A DNA stretch of 64,000 bases from an uncultured Poribacteria bacterium (GCA_958296135.2 CATQHZ020000001.1:4096001-4160000), one strand, 5' to 3'; shown: positions 31,526 to 41,977, counted from the stretch's first letter. Notes: generated from the letters alone by a model not told the origin. A program made the numbers and translations.

Positions 31526-31858
31526 ATGACAGCTGCTGGCATACGTTGGACAGTCCGTGACCGGCGTGGAAACGAGATTTATCTCACACAGGAGCGGTGG
31601 CAACATGTCATAGACCCAATTAACCATCCCGCAATGGAAAACCACGAGGCAGACCTGAAGGATACAATCCGGTACGGCATCCGAAGGCAAGAGGCGTTGG
31701 ATCCGCGGAAGTACCGGTACGTCAGAGGTTTTAATGATCCGACAGGCTGCAATACGCATATTACCGCTATTGTCCTTTTTGGGTTTCGCGATAACTCAGT
31801 TGGAGAACCTATCGCGAATAATTACATTGTCACAGCTTACCAAACGGAGATTGGGTAA
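31526..31858 (+). CDS. Putative BECR/RelE-like toxin
   Basis: IYLTQERWQHV..HP..YIVTAY pattern; lies upstream of a DUF2283 gene. Confidence 0.55.
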   Translation: MTAAGIRWTVRDRRGNEIYLTQERWQHVIDPINHPAMENHEADLKDTIRYGIRRQEALDPRKYRYVRGFNDPTGCNTHITAIVLFGFRDNSVGEPIANNYIVTAYQTEIG

Positions 31859-31914
31859 GCACAAATGGGGTGAAGCCGCGCAACGCGCTTTCACTCAATA
31901 CCCTACAAACAACC

Positions 31915-32289
31915 ATGAAGCAACCAATTTTCAACTACGACGAAATGAGCGATACGCTCTATGTCTCGTTTGCACCCGGCGAAAAAGCCACCGGTATTGA
32001 ACTGACAGAGCATATTTTGCTCCGGTTGAACAAACATGAACGACGCGCTGTCGGACTTACCTTTCTGAATTACTCGATCCTCGCGCAGCAGACAGAAATT
32101 GGGCCCCGTAGTTTTCCACTGACGGGGTTTGCCAAATTGTCGGATGAACTGCAAGAAATGGTGCTGGAAGTCATGAAACTTCCACCCGTAAGCGAGTTGC
32201 TGCTGCTTTCATCGTATACCCCTTCAATTTCGGATACGGTGCCGATTACGTTGTTGCAATTCGCTAATGCTGCAGCGTCTGCGAAATGA
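31915..32289 (+). CDS. DUF2283 family protein (putative antitoxin)
   Basis: [28 protein letters not shown]. Confidence 0.7.
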   Translation: MKQPIFNYDEMSDTLYVSFAPGEKATGIELTEHILLRLNKHERRAVGLTFLNYSILAQQTEIGPRSFPLTGFAKLSDELQEMVLEVMKLPPVSELLLLSSYTPSISDTVPITLLQFANAAASAK

Positions 32290-33028
32290 AGAGTTTCGTG
32301 CGCTCACTTTGAGGGTTGTCAAAGAAATCCGCAGGGGGCGCGTCCTCTATAATCACACCCTCATCGAAGAAGAGCACCCGGTCCGCAACCTCGCGGGCGA
32401 AGCCCATCTCGTGCGTGACGACCAGCATCGTCATGCCGGAACGCGCGAGCTCTCGCATCACGTCTAGAACCTCGGAAATCATCTCCGGGTCGAGCGCGCT
32501 CGTCGGTTCGTCGAAAAGCATGATCTTCGGCTCCATCGCCAAGGCACGCGCGATGGCGACGCGCTGCTGCTGCCCACCCGATATCTCCGCGGGGTATTTA
32601 TACGCCTGGTCCTTGATATCCACCCGGTCTAGCAACGCGAGGGCCATCTCTTCTGCCTCACTTTTCGGAATTTTTCTGACGCGAATCGGCCCTAACGTAA
32701 TGTTCTGGAGGTTCGTCAGGTGTGGGAATAGGTTGAACTGCTGGAACACCATGCCGACTTCGCGACGGATCAGGTCGATGTTACGAAGATCATTGCTGAG
32801 CTCAATGCCATCAACGATGATGCGACCGCGGTGGTGCTCTTCCAATCGGTTAATCGTCCGGATGAAAGTGGATTTCCCTGAGCCAGACGGCCCACAGATT
32901 ACCGCGCGTTCCCCTTTTCGGAACGAGGTAGTAATGCCTTTGAGGACATGAAAATCGTCAAACCATTTGTGGACATCCTCGCACACGATAATTGGGTCCG
33001 TGCTTTCGGTTCCATTTTGCGTTAACAC
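32264..33028 (-). CDS. General L-amino acid ABC transporter ATP-binding protein (AapP-like)
   Basis: [31 protein letters not shown]. Confidence 0.93.
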   Translation of the reverse strand: MLTQNGTESTDPIIVCEDVHKWFDDFHVLKGITTSFRKGERAVICGPSGSGKSTFIRTINRLEEHHRGRIIVDGIELSNDLRNIDLIRREVGMVFQQFNLFPHLTNLQNITLGPIRVRKIPKSEAEEMALALLDRVDIKDQAYKYPAEISGGQQQRVAIARALAMEPKIMLFDEPTSALDPEMISEVLDVMRELARSGMTMLVVTHEMGFAREVADRVLFFDEGVIIEDAPPADFFDNPQSERTKLFISQTLQH

Positions 33029-33130
33029 GTGAGGTTCCCCCTTTTTTCTTCCTTCTTCCTAGCGGCGGCCCGCCCCAGGCCCTCGCCAGACGAGCCATTT
33101 TACCTGTCGGTTGCTGTCGGTTAACTGTCG

Positions 33131-34345
33131 CTAGTCAATGTTTACGCCAAGCGCGGCCTCGATCCGTCGGCTGATATAGGACATAGAATAACAGAATATG
33201 AAATAGATGACTGCTGCGAATATGTAGACTTCGGCTTGGAGACTCAACCATTTCCGATTTGTCAGAACGCCCTTCGCGATGCCCAAGAGATCTAGCAAGC
33301 CGATGATTGTCACAAGGGTGGTGTCCTTAAACAGCGCGATGAATTGCCCCACAATCGCCGGGATGACGGACTGGAGTGCTTGCGGTAAGACGATGAACCG
33401 CATGGTTTTCGGGTAATTGAGTCCGACGGCTTGCGCGGCTTCATACTGTCCTCTAGGGATAGCCTGCAGGCCACCGCGCACGTTCTCCGCCATGTAAGCC
33501 GCAGAGAAAAAGGTAATGCCGAGCATTGCCCTTAAGACTTTGTCTAACTCAACATCCGGCATGAAAATCGGAATCATGAGGTTCGCCATGAACAGGATTG
33601 TGATGAGTGGCACGCCGCGGATTGTCTCAATATAGACAGTGGATGCCCACTTGAGCGCGGGGAGCCTGCTGCGCCGGCCGATTGCCAAAAGCACGCCGAG
33701 TGGGAAGCAGAAAAGGATGCCAACAACCGCCAAAATGAGTGTCAGCAGCAGACCGCCCCAATTCGCCGTTGGAATCGCGTTCTCCCCGAACCCGTGAAGC
33801 GTTATCATCATCACCGGAAAGGATAACACCCATCCACCCAAGACCCAAGGACGCAATCGGTTATCGCTAACAGTGCCTTTCGGCACAGCCCATTTATAGC
33901 GGATGAGCGCGAAAGCCGCCGCCATGAGTGCTGCGCAGCCAAAATAGCCCGCGCGCGTGCTGAGTTCAAAGGGTAACACGGCGAAGAATAGCAAAACGCA
34001 TGCAATGCCGACAGAGAACCTGAACGTCAAGCCGCCCCAGATGCTGGCACTCACTCCTGCCAGCGCGCTCAAGAGATAGAGGATACTCCAAACGCGCCAT
34101 ATTTCCTCCCTTGGATAGGTGCCCACGGTAAACAGTTGCAGATTGGCAGGGATAACCTTCCAATTCGCCTCGGTGAATACCCATGTCAGAACGCCCTTGA
34201 GAACGAGGTATAAGAAGACGAGTGCCAAGCAGGTGAGAAGGGTGTTGAACCATGTGCTAAAAAGGTTCTCCTTCATCCAGGGAACTATCCCTTTGCTGGC
34301 TGGCGGTTTGAGTTCAATGTGTTGTGTTTGTTCTTCCATATTCAT
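33131..34345 (-). CDS. Amino acid ABC transporter permease (AapM-like)
   Basis: IRGVPLITILF, AENVRGGLQAIPRGQYEAA. Confidence 0.92.
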   Translation of the reverse strand: MNMEEQTQHIELKPPASKGIVPWMKENLFSTWFNTLLTCLALVFLYLVLKGVLTWVFTEANWKVIPANLQLFTVGTYPREEIWRVWSILYLLSALAGVSASIWGGLTFRFSVGIACVLLFFAVLPFELSTRAGYFGCAALMAAAFALIRYKWAVPKGTVSDNRLRPWVLGGWVLSFPVMMITLHGFGENAIPTANWGGLLLTLILAVVGILFCFPLGVLLAIGRRSRLPALKWASTVYIETIRGVPLITILFMANLMIPIFMPDVELDKVLRAMLGITFFSAAYMAENVRGGLQAIPRGQYEAAQAVGLNYPKTMRFIVLPQALQSVIPAIVGQFIALFKDTTLVTIIGLLDLLGIAKGVLTNRKWLSLQAEVYIFAAVIYFIFCYSMSYISRRIEAALGVNID

Positions 34346-34365
34346 CGCGTTCCTATCGGTTAAGT

Positions 34366-35598
34366 TTAACGCCCGGTGCGGTTAATGTGAAGCCGACGGT
34401 TATACCAATTCATCGCTGCCGATGTCGTCAAACTCATGATGAGGTAGCTCGCCATGATCATCGCGAAAACCGGGATGGATTGCCCAGTTTGGTTCATCAC
34501 CGTCTCGCCGATGTTGAACAGGTCAGGGAAGCCGACTGCAATCGCCAAGCTAGAGTTTTTCGCCAGATTCAGATACTGACTGGTGACCGGGGGGATAATG
34601 ATGGGTATCGCCTGAGGTAGCACGATGAGCCGCAGCGTCTGGACTTCGTTCAACCCAACTGATTTTGCGGCTTCGCGCTGCCCTTTTGCGACGGCTTGTA
34701 TCCCGGCTCTGACAATCTCTGCGATGAAAGCCGCGGTATAAACCACGAGCCCAATCAAAAGCGCGGCGAATTCAGAGGATAGGTTTATCCCACCTTGGAA
34801 ATTGAAACGTTGCAAAACCGGTAACTCCAACGTAAGCGGCCCGCCCGGTGTCAGAAACCATCCGAGAATGGCAACGGTGAGGAAGGCAGGGAGGGCCCAC
34901 TTCGCGCGGAAGCCGGGGCGTTCCTGCCGTTGCAATTGCCGCCACCGCACGATATAGAGGATGCCCGCTAAAATCAGACCGGCGAGCAAAAAGCCGAACC
35001 AGATCTTTATTCCCGGGGCCGGTTGCGGTGCGGGCAGATAGAGACCGCGCTGGTTAATGAACACGCCGCCGAAAAATTCCAAACTCTCCCGAACCCTCGG
35101 TAATTGCCGCAGGATGGCATACCAGAACAAAATCTGCAGTAGCAACGGGATGTTCCGAAAACATTCAACGTAGGTAGCCGCGATGTTGCGGATAAGCCAG
35201 TTCTGAGAGAGGCGAGTGATACCGACGAAAAGCCCCAGAATTGTCGCACAAGCAATCCCAATCAGGCTAACTTTTAAAGTGTTGACGACACCTACCCAGA
35301 AGGCTCTCAGATAGCTGTCAGATGGCGTATACGTTATGCCTTCAGAAATGCCAAATCCGGCTTCATTTTGGAGGAAGTTGTCTTCGTGCCAAAAAGCAAA
35401 ATCGAGCGTGACTCCAAGTTTTTGGAGCCCTCTGAGCATATTGGTGTAGAGCAGTGCGGCCAACAGCACGATACCTGTCAGAAAGAGCACCTGAAACAGC
35501 ACGCGGAGCACGCGAACATCCCGCCAGAAAGGGATTTTTTGCGTCCCTACGGTTTCCTGTCTCTTTCCTTCACTGTTCTCGTTTTTTGTTTCGTTCAT
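34366..35598 (-). CDS. Amino acid ABC transporter permease (AapQ-like)
   Basis: RNIPLLLQILFW, AEIVRAGIQAV, KNSSLAIAVG. Confidence 0.92.
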   Translation of the reverse strand: MNETKNENSEGKRQETVGTQKIPFWRDVRVLRVLFQVLFLTGIVLLAALLYTNMLRGLQKLGVTLDFAFWHEDNFLQNEAGFGISEGITYTPSDSYLRAFWVGVVNTLKVSLIGIACATILGLFVGITRLSQNWLIRNIAATYVECFRNIPLLLQILFWYAILRQLPRVRESLEFFGGVFINQRGLYLPAPQPAPGIKIWFGFLLAGLILAGILYIVRWRQLQRQERPGFRAKWALPAFLTVAILGWFLTPGGPLTLELPVLQRFNFQGGINLSSEFAALLIGLVVYTAAFIAEIVRAGIQAVAKGQREAAKSVGLNEVQTLRLIVLPQAIPIIIPPVTSQYLNLAKNSSLAIAVGFPDLFNIGETVMNQTGQSIPVFAMIMASYLIMSLTTSAAMNWYNRRLHINRTGR

Positions 35599-35763
35599 CG
35601 TTTCCTGATAGAGGACTGACGCAGACGCTACCTAAACCGTCCGCAGTCCCGTAGGGCGGGAGCCAGGCCCCCGCTGTCCCTCGCCATCCACCCTATTGTA
35701 AGGGCGGATGTCTCGCTCCGCCCGTTACCCAGGAGAAGACAGCCGCCTAGGGCAAACATTGCA

Positions 35764-36789
35764 TTAACGGAACGGCATTGCGTAAAGCAAGCCGCCCTGC
35801 GTCCACGGCTTGTTGATACCGCGGGGGAGGCCAATAGGCGTGAGATTGCGTTCAAAGATTTCGCCGTAATTGCCGACAGCGGCGATGATTTGACGCGCCC
35901 AAGTTTTAGAAAGTCCCAGTTTCTCTCCTAAATTCCCACTCTCGCCCAAGAAGCGTTGAATCTCCGGCTTATCCGATTTGAAGGTAGCCACGTTGGCTTG
36001 CGTGATGCCGTGCTCCTCGGCGAAAAAGGTGGCGTAAATCACCCAACTGACGACATCGTTCCATTTGTTGTCACCGTGGATAGTCAACGGTCCTAACGGT
36101 TCCTTTGAGACGGTTGCGTCAAGGATAACATGGGCATCCGGATCCTTGAACGCTTGTCGCTGCGCAACGAGCTGAGACTTGTCACTCGTTACAACATCGC
36201 AGCGGCCTGCCAGGTAACTGCTGTAGACGGTATTCTGTTCTTCATAGACTAATGGGGTGAAGTCAATGCCTAACGCCCGCATCGTATCGGTAAGATTGAG
36301 TTCTGTGGTGCTACCGGACTGCACGCCGATGCTTGCACCCGCTAATTCTTCGATTTTTGTGATGCCGAGTGCTTTTGGGAGCATGAACCCTTGCCCATCG
36401 TAAAAGGTTGTTGGCGCGAAGTCTGCACTGACATCGGTGTCGCGAGTCAGCGTCCAAGTGGTGTTTCGGATTAAGACATCTATCTCCCCAGTCTGAAGCG
36501 CGACGAACCGGTCTGCCGCTTTTAGCGGGGTGAACCGCACTTTGTTTGCGTCGCCTAAGACCGCGGCGGCAATGGCACGTCCAAATTCGACATCAAAGCC
36601 GCGCCAAGTGCCGTCCTGCTCCGGGTAACTGAACCCGGGTAGCCCGGTGTTCACGCCGCAGACGAGCACGCCGCGCGCTTTGACTTTGTCTAGCACACTG
36701 CCTTCCGCGCTGGCAAGCAGCGGAAATACGAGTAATATCGCGAAGAACGCAGCGATAACGCGCACCCCACGAAACCAAAATTGATGCAT
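35764..36789 (-). CDS. Amino acid ABC transporter substrate-binding protein (AapJ-like)
   Basis: LVCGV..PGF, RNTTWTLTRD, SKEPLGP, VGNYGEIFERN. Confidence 0.92.
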   Translation of the reverse strand: MHQFWFRGVRVIAAFFAILLVFPLLASAEGSVLDKVKARGVLVCGVNTGLPGFSYPEQDGTWRGFDVEFGRAIAAAVLGDANKVRFTPLKAADRFVALQTGEIDVLIRNTTWTLTRDTDVSADFAPTTFYDGQGFMLPKALGITKIEELAGASIGVQSGSTTELNLTDTMRALGIDFTPLVYEEQNTVYSSYLAGRCDVVTSDKSQLVAQRQAFKDPDAHVILDATVSKEPLGPLTIHGDNKWNDVVSWVIYATFFAEEHGITQANVATFKSDKPEIQRFLGESGNLGEKLGLSKTWARQIIAAVGNYGEIFERNLTPIGLPRGINKPWTQGGLLYAMPFR

Positions 36790-36865
36790 GAAATTTTCTC
36801 CTATAAACAGTGCAGTCTGAATGAACTGCGGTTTGGAATTGTGTCTTGCATAGCGATAGGACAGA

Positions 36866-36928
36866 CGCGGCAACGTCCCCCGGCAAAAGACAGCATAACG
36901 GCCGCGGCAACGTCCCCCGGCAAAAGAC
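36866..36928. repeat. Perfect 26-bp direct repeat in the aapJ leader
   Basis: CGCGGCAACGTCCCCCGGCAAAAGAC at 36866 and 36903. Confidence 0.85.
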
Positions 36929-37035
36929 GGTATGTGTCCATCCTAAGACATTTTTATCGTGTCAAGAATAATTATAGCATGTTTTGACATTTTTTGCCAA
37001 TTAAAAAGACGTTAGCACAAAACCTAGCGTGGGAT

Positions 37036-37064
37036 TTGACATTTAACGGCAAATAGAGTATCAT
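37036..37064 (+). promoter_or_regulatory. sigma70-type promoter
   Basis: TTGACA-17 bp-TATCAT. Confidence 0.65.
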
Positions 37065-37168
37065 AATAATAGACATAGTAGGACTGACGCAGAACAAACC
37101 CCGTAGGCGCGCGTTGTAAGCGGGCCTACCGAACAGGCGTTCGCGGAACAATACAGGAGGAACCCACT

Positions 37169-37924
37169 GTGACAAAATTGACATACTTTCTCATCGCACT
37201 CATCGTTGCGGGGCCAGCATACGCAGGCTTAGACGACAAATCCCTCGTCTTATACCTCTCCTTTGACGAAGGACAAGGCGGAGATGCCAAAGACGGTTCC
37301 GCCCATGGACACGATGGCGAACTCATCCAAAACCCGAAATGGGTGGATGGACAATTCGGCAAGGCACTTGAATTTGACGGGACAAAGAGCCAGCACGTCA
37401 TGGTGCCCATCAACGATACCTTGCAGCTAACCGAGCAGTTCTCCATCGCCTTCTGGGTAAAACGCGGCGATGCCCAAATTCGGGAATGGAACTATATGGT
37501 GACTGCCGGCACCCTCAAATGGGCATCTATCTTCAGAAACGGGGACCAGAAAACCTATTTCTGGAGCACATCGGGCGGCGCGTGGGCACAGAAAGCTGTC
37601 ACTAACGACATCCAACCCGATGACTGGGTGCATCTCGCCGTAACACATGACACGAAAGCCGAGGTCATCATTTACAACGATGGCAAAAAAGCGGGCGGCG
37701 GCGCGAAACCCCCGGTCGTCGATGAAATTGACGGCTCCGTCATGGTAGGCGCGCGGCACCCCGGCGAAGAGTTTTTCACCGGCATCATCGATGAGGTGTT
37801 TCTCTTCAACCGAATCATCACCGAAGCAGAAATTAACGAGATCAAAGATGGCGAATTTCTGCCGGTGGAACCCGCGGGAAAATTGGCTACCACCTGGGGC
37901 AGCGTGAAAGCATACCGCCAATAG
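37169..37924 (+). CDS. Secreted LamG-like (concanavalin A fold) protein
   Basis: LVLYLSFDEG, GQFGKALEFDG, WVHLAVT, FTGIIDEV; tail VEPAGKLATTWGSVK. Confidence 0.88.
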   Translation: MTKLTYFLIALIVAGPAYAGLDDKSLVLYLSFDEGQGGDAKDGSAHGHDGELIQNPKWVDGQFGKALEFDGTKSQHVMVPINDTLQLTEQFSIAFWVKRGDAQIREWNYMVTAGTLKWASIFRNGDQKTYFWSTSGGAWAQKAVTNDIQPDDWVHLAVTHDTKAEVIIYNDGKKAGGGAKPPVVDEIDGSVMVGARHPGEEFFTGIIDEVFLFNRIITEAEINEIKDGEFLPVEPAGKLATTWGSVKAYRQ

Positions 37925-37981
37925 GACAGGCGTTTTGCGGATGAGGCCCTGCGCTGTCCGCCTCCCGTAGGCTGGCCCTTT

Positions 37982-39082
37982 ATGCATTTATTTATGCGGT
38001 GCTACCTCGCGATACTCCTCATTTCTGGCGCGATGGGAAACCTCGCCACCGCTAACAGAGCCGATGTGCATTACCGAACCGCTTTAGCCTACCACGCACT
38101 GGAGGAATTCGACCGGGCGGTGGCAGCATACCAGAAAGCCATCGCTTGCGAACCGAATTCCTTCAATGTGCATCTTCACCTCGGCGTTGCGTATTCGGAG
38201 CTTAAGCAGTATCAAGCCGCGCTTGCCGCTTACCACAAAGCCGCCCAACTCTCATCTACCAACGCGCAGCCGCACTATAACATCGGTTTAGTCTATCTGA
38301 AGCAGGGAAAATTGCCTCTCGCACGGGAAGCCTTTGAAAAAGCCATCGCACTTGCCGCTGATTTCGAGGATGCCTACAACGGCCTCGGCGAAGTGCTTAT
38401 GAAACAAGGGGCATTGGCGGATGCTGCGCGTGTCTATACAAAAGCGACGCGGCTCAATCCAAACGGAATCGCCGCACTTGCCGGCCTAGGCAAAGTCTAC
38501 GCGAAGCAGAAACGCTTGCCACTCGCAATTGATACGTTTGAAAAGATTATCGCCATTCAAGCCGATAACACTGCGGCGCACTATCACCTCGCGCAGGCCC
38601 TGATGAAATCCGGAGAACAGGAGAAGGCAGCCGCAACGATGGAATTCTTCAAAGTGCTGCGCCAGACAGCCCTGCTCCTTGAGGAGGCACAAAAGTGGGT
38701 GAAAACGCGCCCGGCAGATGCGAAAGGCTATAACAACCTCGGCATCGTCTACCTCGCGCGCCGTCGCGCTGATAAGGCGATTCAAAACTATCAACGCGCC
38801 ATCGCATTAGCACCGACATTGGCGACGGCGCATTACAACCTGGGGCATGCTTACCATAAACAGGGCAAATTGCACCTCGCGATTGCGGCATATCAGCGAG
38901 CAATCTCTGCCGATGCGAACCTCGCGATCGCGCATAATAATCTGGCTGTCTGCTATATGGACAGGCAAGCGTTAGATAAAGCGCGGTTTCATGCCAAGAC
39001 CGCCGTGCGTCTCGCACCAGATGAATGGAATTATTGGGATACCCTCGCGCAAGTCCAAACGTTGCTCGGTTTAAACAAATGA
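37982..39082 (+). CDS. Tetratricopeptide repeat protein
   Basis: Repeated AHYNLG/AYNGLG..AY.KAI 34-aa units. Confidence 0.9.
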   Translation: MHLFMRCYLAILLISGAMGNLATANRADVHYRTALAYHALEEFDRAVAAYQKAIACEPNSFNVHLHLGVAYSELKQYQAALAAYHKAAQLSSTNAQPHYNIGLVYLKQGKLPLAREAFEKAIALAADFEDAYNGLGEVLMKQGALADAARVYTKATRLNPNGIAALAGLGKVYAKQKRLPLAIDTFEKIIAIQADNTAAHYHLAQALMKSGEQEKAAATMEFFKVLRQTALLLEEAQKWVKTRPADAKGYNNLGIVYLARRRADKAIQNYQRAIALAPTLATAHYNLGHAYHKQGKLHLAIAAYQRAISADANLAIAHNNLAVCYMDRQALDKARFHAKTAVRLAPDEWNYWDTLAQVQTLLGLNK

Positions 39083-40749
39083 AATGTATCTCTCATCTGC
39101 TACTCAGCCTCACCCTTTCCACCCTCGCCCATCCGCAACCCCAATTCGTCGATGCCACTGCCGAGGCTGGCATCACCTTCCGGCACGTCGATGGACGCAG
39201 CGGACAGAAATACCTCATTGAAACGCTCGGATCCGGCGCGCTCTTCTTTGATTACGATAACGATGGCAATCGCGACCTTTATATCGTCAACGCTAACACT
39301 ATCCCCGCTGCAACCGAAAACCGAAATACCCTCTACCGGAACAACGGCGACGGCACTTTCACCGACGTAACAGAAACTGCCGGTGTCGGAGACATCGGAT
39401 ACGGTGTCGGCTGTGCAGCTGCCGATATTGACAACGATGGCTACGCCGAACTTTACGTCACAAACTTCGGGGCTAATCGTCTTTATCATAACAACGGTGA
39501 CAGAACGTTTACCGACATCACCCACAAAGCAGGCGTTGGCGATGAACGCTGGGGAACGAGCTGCGCCTTTCTTGATTACGATTTAGACGGAGACGCAGAT
39601 CTCTACGTCGTCAACTATATGAAGTTTTCTGTTGCAGAAAACCGTTGGTGGGAGACGCGCGGCATCCGAACCTATTGTAGTCCGACAGATCAGATTGCCG
39701 GCAGCCACTTCGTCAGTGAACCCGATATCCTCTATCGCAATAACGGCGATGGCACCTTCACGGATGTCACGGCGGCTTCGGGGATATCGCATCGTGCCCT
39801 CGGCCTCGCCGTGGCAGTCGGCGATTACAATAACGACGGCACCCCAGACCTGCACATCGCCAACGATATGGAGGCAGACCTGCTATATCAAAACAACGGC
39901 GACGGCACGTTTACTGAAACCGCCGCCCTCACAGGTGTCGGCTACGACGAAAACGGGATGCCTGGCAGCGGCATGGGCAGCGCATTCGGTGATTACGATA
40001 ACGATGGATACCTCGATCTTGTCGTCAGCAACGCCTCCGCGCTTCCGGTTATCCTCTATCACAATGAGCAGAGTCAATTTTTCAGCGATGTCTCGTATGT
40101 ATCAGGGATCGGTGCCGTCACAGTCCCCTATTTCAAGTGGGCGGTGGAGTTTTTTGATTACAACAACGATGGATATCTGGACATTTTCGTCGCGAATGGG
40201 CATCTGCAAGAAAACATCGGGCTTTTTTCTGATGCCACGTATGCACAGGGAGATTTGCTTTTCCAAAATAACGGCATCGCGACCGGGAGGACGCGCCTAG
40301 CGGAAGAGGACAGGCCCCGCTTCACGGATGTCTCATCTATCGTCGGACTGACGCAGTTGCCTCCCAAAGTCGGGCGCGCCGCCGCTTGCGGCGACTACGA
40401 CAACGATGGCGACATTGACATCTTTCTCAACAACTCCAATCAACCTGCAACACTCCTCCGCAACGAGGGTGGCAACCGCAATCATTGGATAATAATTCAG
40501 ACGTTAGGCACTTCTATCGGCGCGCGAATTACTGTGAAGGCGGGAGACTTATCGCTAGTCAGAGAAGTTCGGAGCGGCGCGAGTTATCTCTCGCAAAGCG
40601 ATCTGCGCGTTCATTTCGGGCTCGGGGAGCATACCAATGTGGAGCTGCTTGAGATTCGTTGGCCGAGTGGGCACGTGGCCCAGTTTTTTAATTTGAAGGC
40701 AGACCAGGTTTTGCGGCTTGAGGAGGGAAACGCGGTGATGGCGCGATAA
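39079..40749 (+). CDS. CRTAC1/FG-GAP repeat protein with ASPIC/UnbV domain
   Basis: Many DYDNDG..DL and YRNNGDGTFTDV repeats; SGASYLSQSD..HFGLG..IRWPSG. Confidence 0.9.
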   Translation: MKCISHLLLSLTLSTLAHPQPQFVDATAEAGITFRHVDGRSGQKYLIETLGSGALFFDYDNDGNRDLYIVNANTIPAATENRNTLYRNNGDGTFTDVTETAGVGDIGYGVGCAAADIDNDGYAELYVTNFGANRLYHNNGDRTFTDITHKAGVGDERWGTSCAFLDYDLDGDADLYVVNYMKFSVAENRWWETRGIRTYCSPTDQIAGSHFVSEPDILYRNNGDGTFTDVTAASGISHRALGLAVAVGDYNNDGTPDLHIANDMEADLLYQNNGDGTFTETAALTGVGYDENGMPGSGMGSAFGDYDNDGYLDLVVSNASALPVILYHNEQSQFFSDVSYVSGIGAVTVPYFKWAVEFFDYNNDGYLDIFVANGHLQENIGLFSDATYAQGDLLFQNNGIATGRTRLAEEDRPRFTDVSSIVGLTQLPPKVGRAAACGDYDNDGDIDIFLNNSNQPATLLRNEGGNRNHWIIIQTLGTSIGARITVKAGDLSLVREVRSGASYLSQSDLRVHFGLGEHTNVELLEIRWPSGHVAQFFNLKADQVLRLEEGNAVMAR

Positions 40750-40796
40750 CCTCGCCATCGATTCACCTCCAAGGTCCCCCCGAAAAGACGAGTGCC

Positions 40797-40823
40797 GTAG
40801 GCGCGGTTTCCAACTGCGCCTAC
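40797..40823 (+). repeat. REP-like palindrome
   Basis: GTAGGCGCGGTTTCCAACTGCGCCTAC; relatives at 13366, 14205, 27939, 37103, 41991. Confidence 0.8.
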
Positions 40824-41146
40824 GGGTGATAAACTCAGGGCATTTGCGTCTATTCTGGCTTGATAGGTGTGTGGCACTGGCGATGAATTCGGTTTGTTGC
40901 CCGCGTTTTTTGTCCCCGGGGAGGGATTCAGTTTTCTTCGGCTGTAGTCTGCACTCGGCCATCGCAAATAGGGCAAGATCGATGGACTACCGTAGGCAGT
41001 CTTCAAGAGGCGTAACGGTGTTGATTTTCACGGTGGTTCCATCAAAAACGGAAAACTGAATCGTCTGGCTTTGTACCATTTTTCCCTTGATATCAAAACG
41101 TAGATAAGGTATCATAAAATAAAGTTCGATCCAAGGAGAACCTCCA

Positions 41147-41977
41147 ATGCCAATCACCGACGCGATGCCTGAATTAAATCGCAAACTGCAGTTTTTCCCC
41201 GTTGAAAACGAACAACCCGCGACGCTCACGCGCGCGCAGCTCCAGCACTTCAACGAGAACGGGTTCATCTGCCCACTTGATGTCTTCTCTGAAGCAGAAA
41301 TTGCTGAACACCGCGCCTATTTTGACACTCTCATGCAAAAGGCAGTCGCCGCCGGATGGAATAGTTACTCCATTAACGGCTGGCAGACACACTGCCCCGG
41401 CATCTATGATCTGGTTAACGAGGGCAGAATCCTCGATTACGTGCAGGATCTGCTCGGCGAAAACCTGGTCTGCTGGGCAACGCACTATTTTTGCAAACTG
41501 CCCGGCGAAAAACAGCAGGTAAGCTGGCATCAGGATGCCTCCTACTGGCCCCTCTCGCCGAGCAAGACTGTCACCGTCTGGCTCGCTATTGACGACGCTT
41601 CCGTTGAGAACGGCGCGATGACCGTTATTCCGAAATCGCACCGGCACGGACAAATCGCCTTTGAACGCAGCACCGCCGAAGAAAAGAATGTGCTCAGCCA
41701 GACCGTGGTCGATCCGACGCAATATGGCGATGCACCCGTGCCGTTTGAGATGAAAGCAGGGCAGATGTCATTGCACTCGGATTTGCTGCTCCACGGTTCT
41801 GAATCAAATACCTCCGACCGGCGACGGTGTGGGTTAACAATGCGGTTCGTCCCACCGGATGTCCGATCGGCGAATAGTTGGAACCAACGCGCCATCATCG
41901 CTAGAGGTAGCGACATGAGTGGACATTGGTGCCATGCGCCTCGGCCGACAGAAGATGCGATACCGGAACGGCAATAA
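41147..41977 (+). CDS. Phytanoyl-CoA dioxygenase (PhyH) family protein
   Basis: WHQD, VWLAIDDA..NGAM..PKSH, LLHGS..N.S..RR. Confidence 0.9.
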   Translation: MPITDAMPELNRKLQFFPVENEQPATLTRAQLQHFNENGFICPLDVFSEAEIAEHRAYFDTLMQKAVAAGWNSYSINGWQTHCPGIYDLVNEGRILDYVQDLLGENLVCWATHYFCKLPGEKQQVSWHQDASYWPLSPSKTVTVWLAIDDASVENGAMTVIPKSHRHGQIAFERSTAEEKNVLSQTVVDPTQYGDAPVPFEMKAGQMSLHSDLLLHGSESNTSDRRRCGLTMRFVPPDVRSANSWNQRAIIARGSDMSGHWCHAPRPTEDAIPERQ

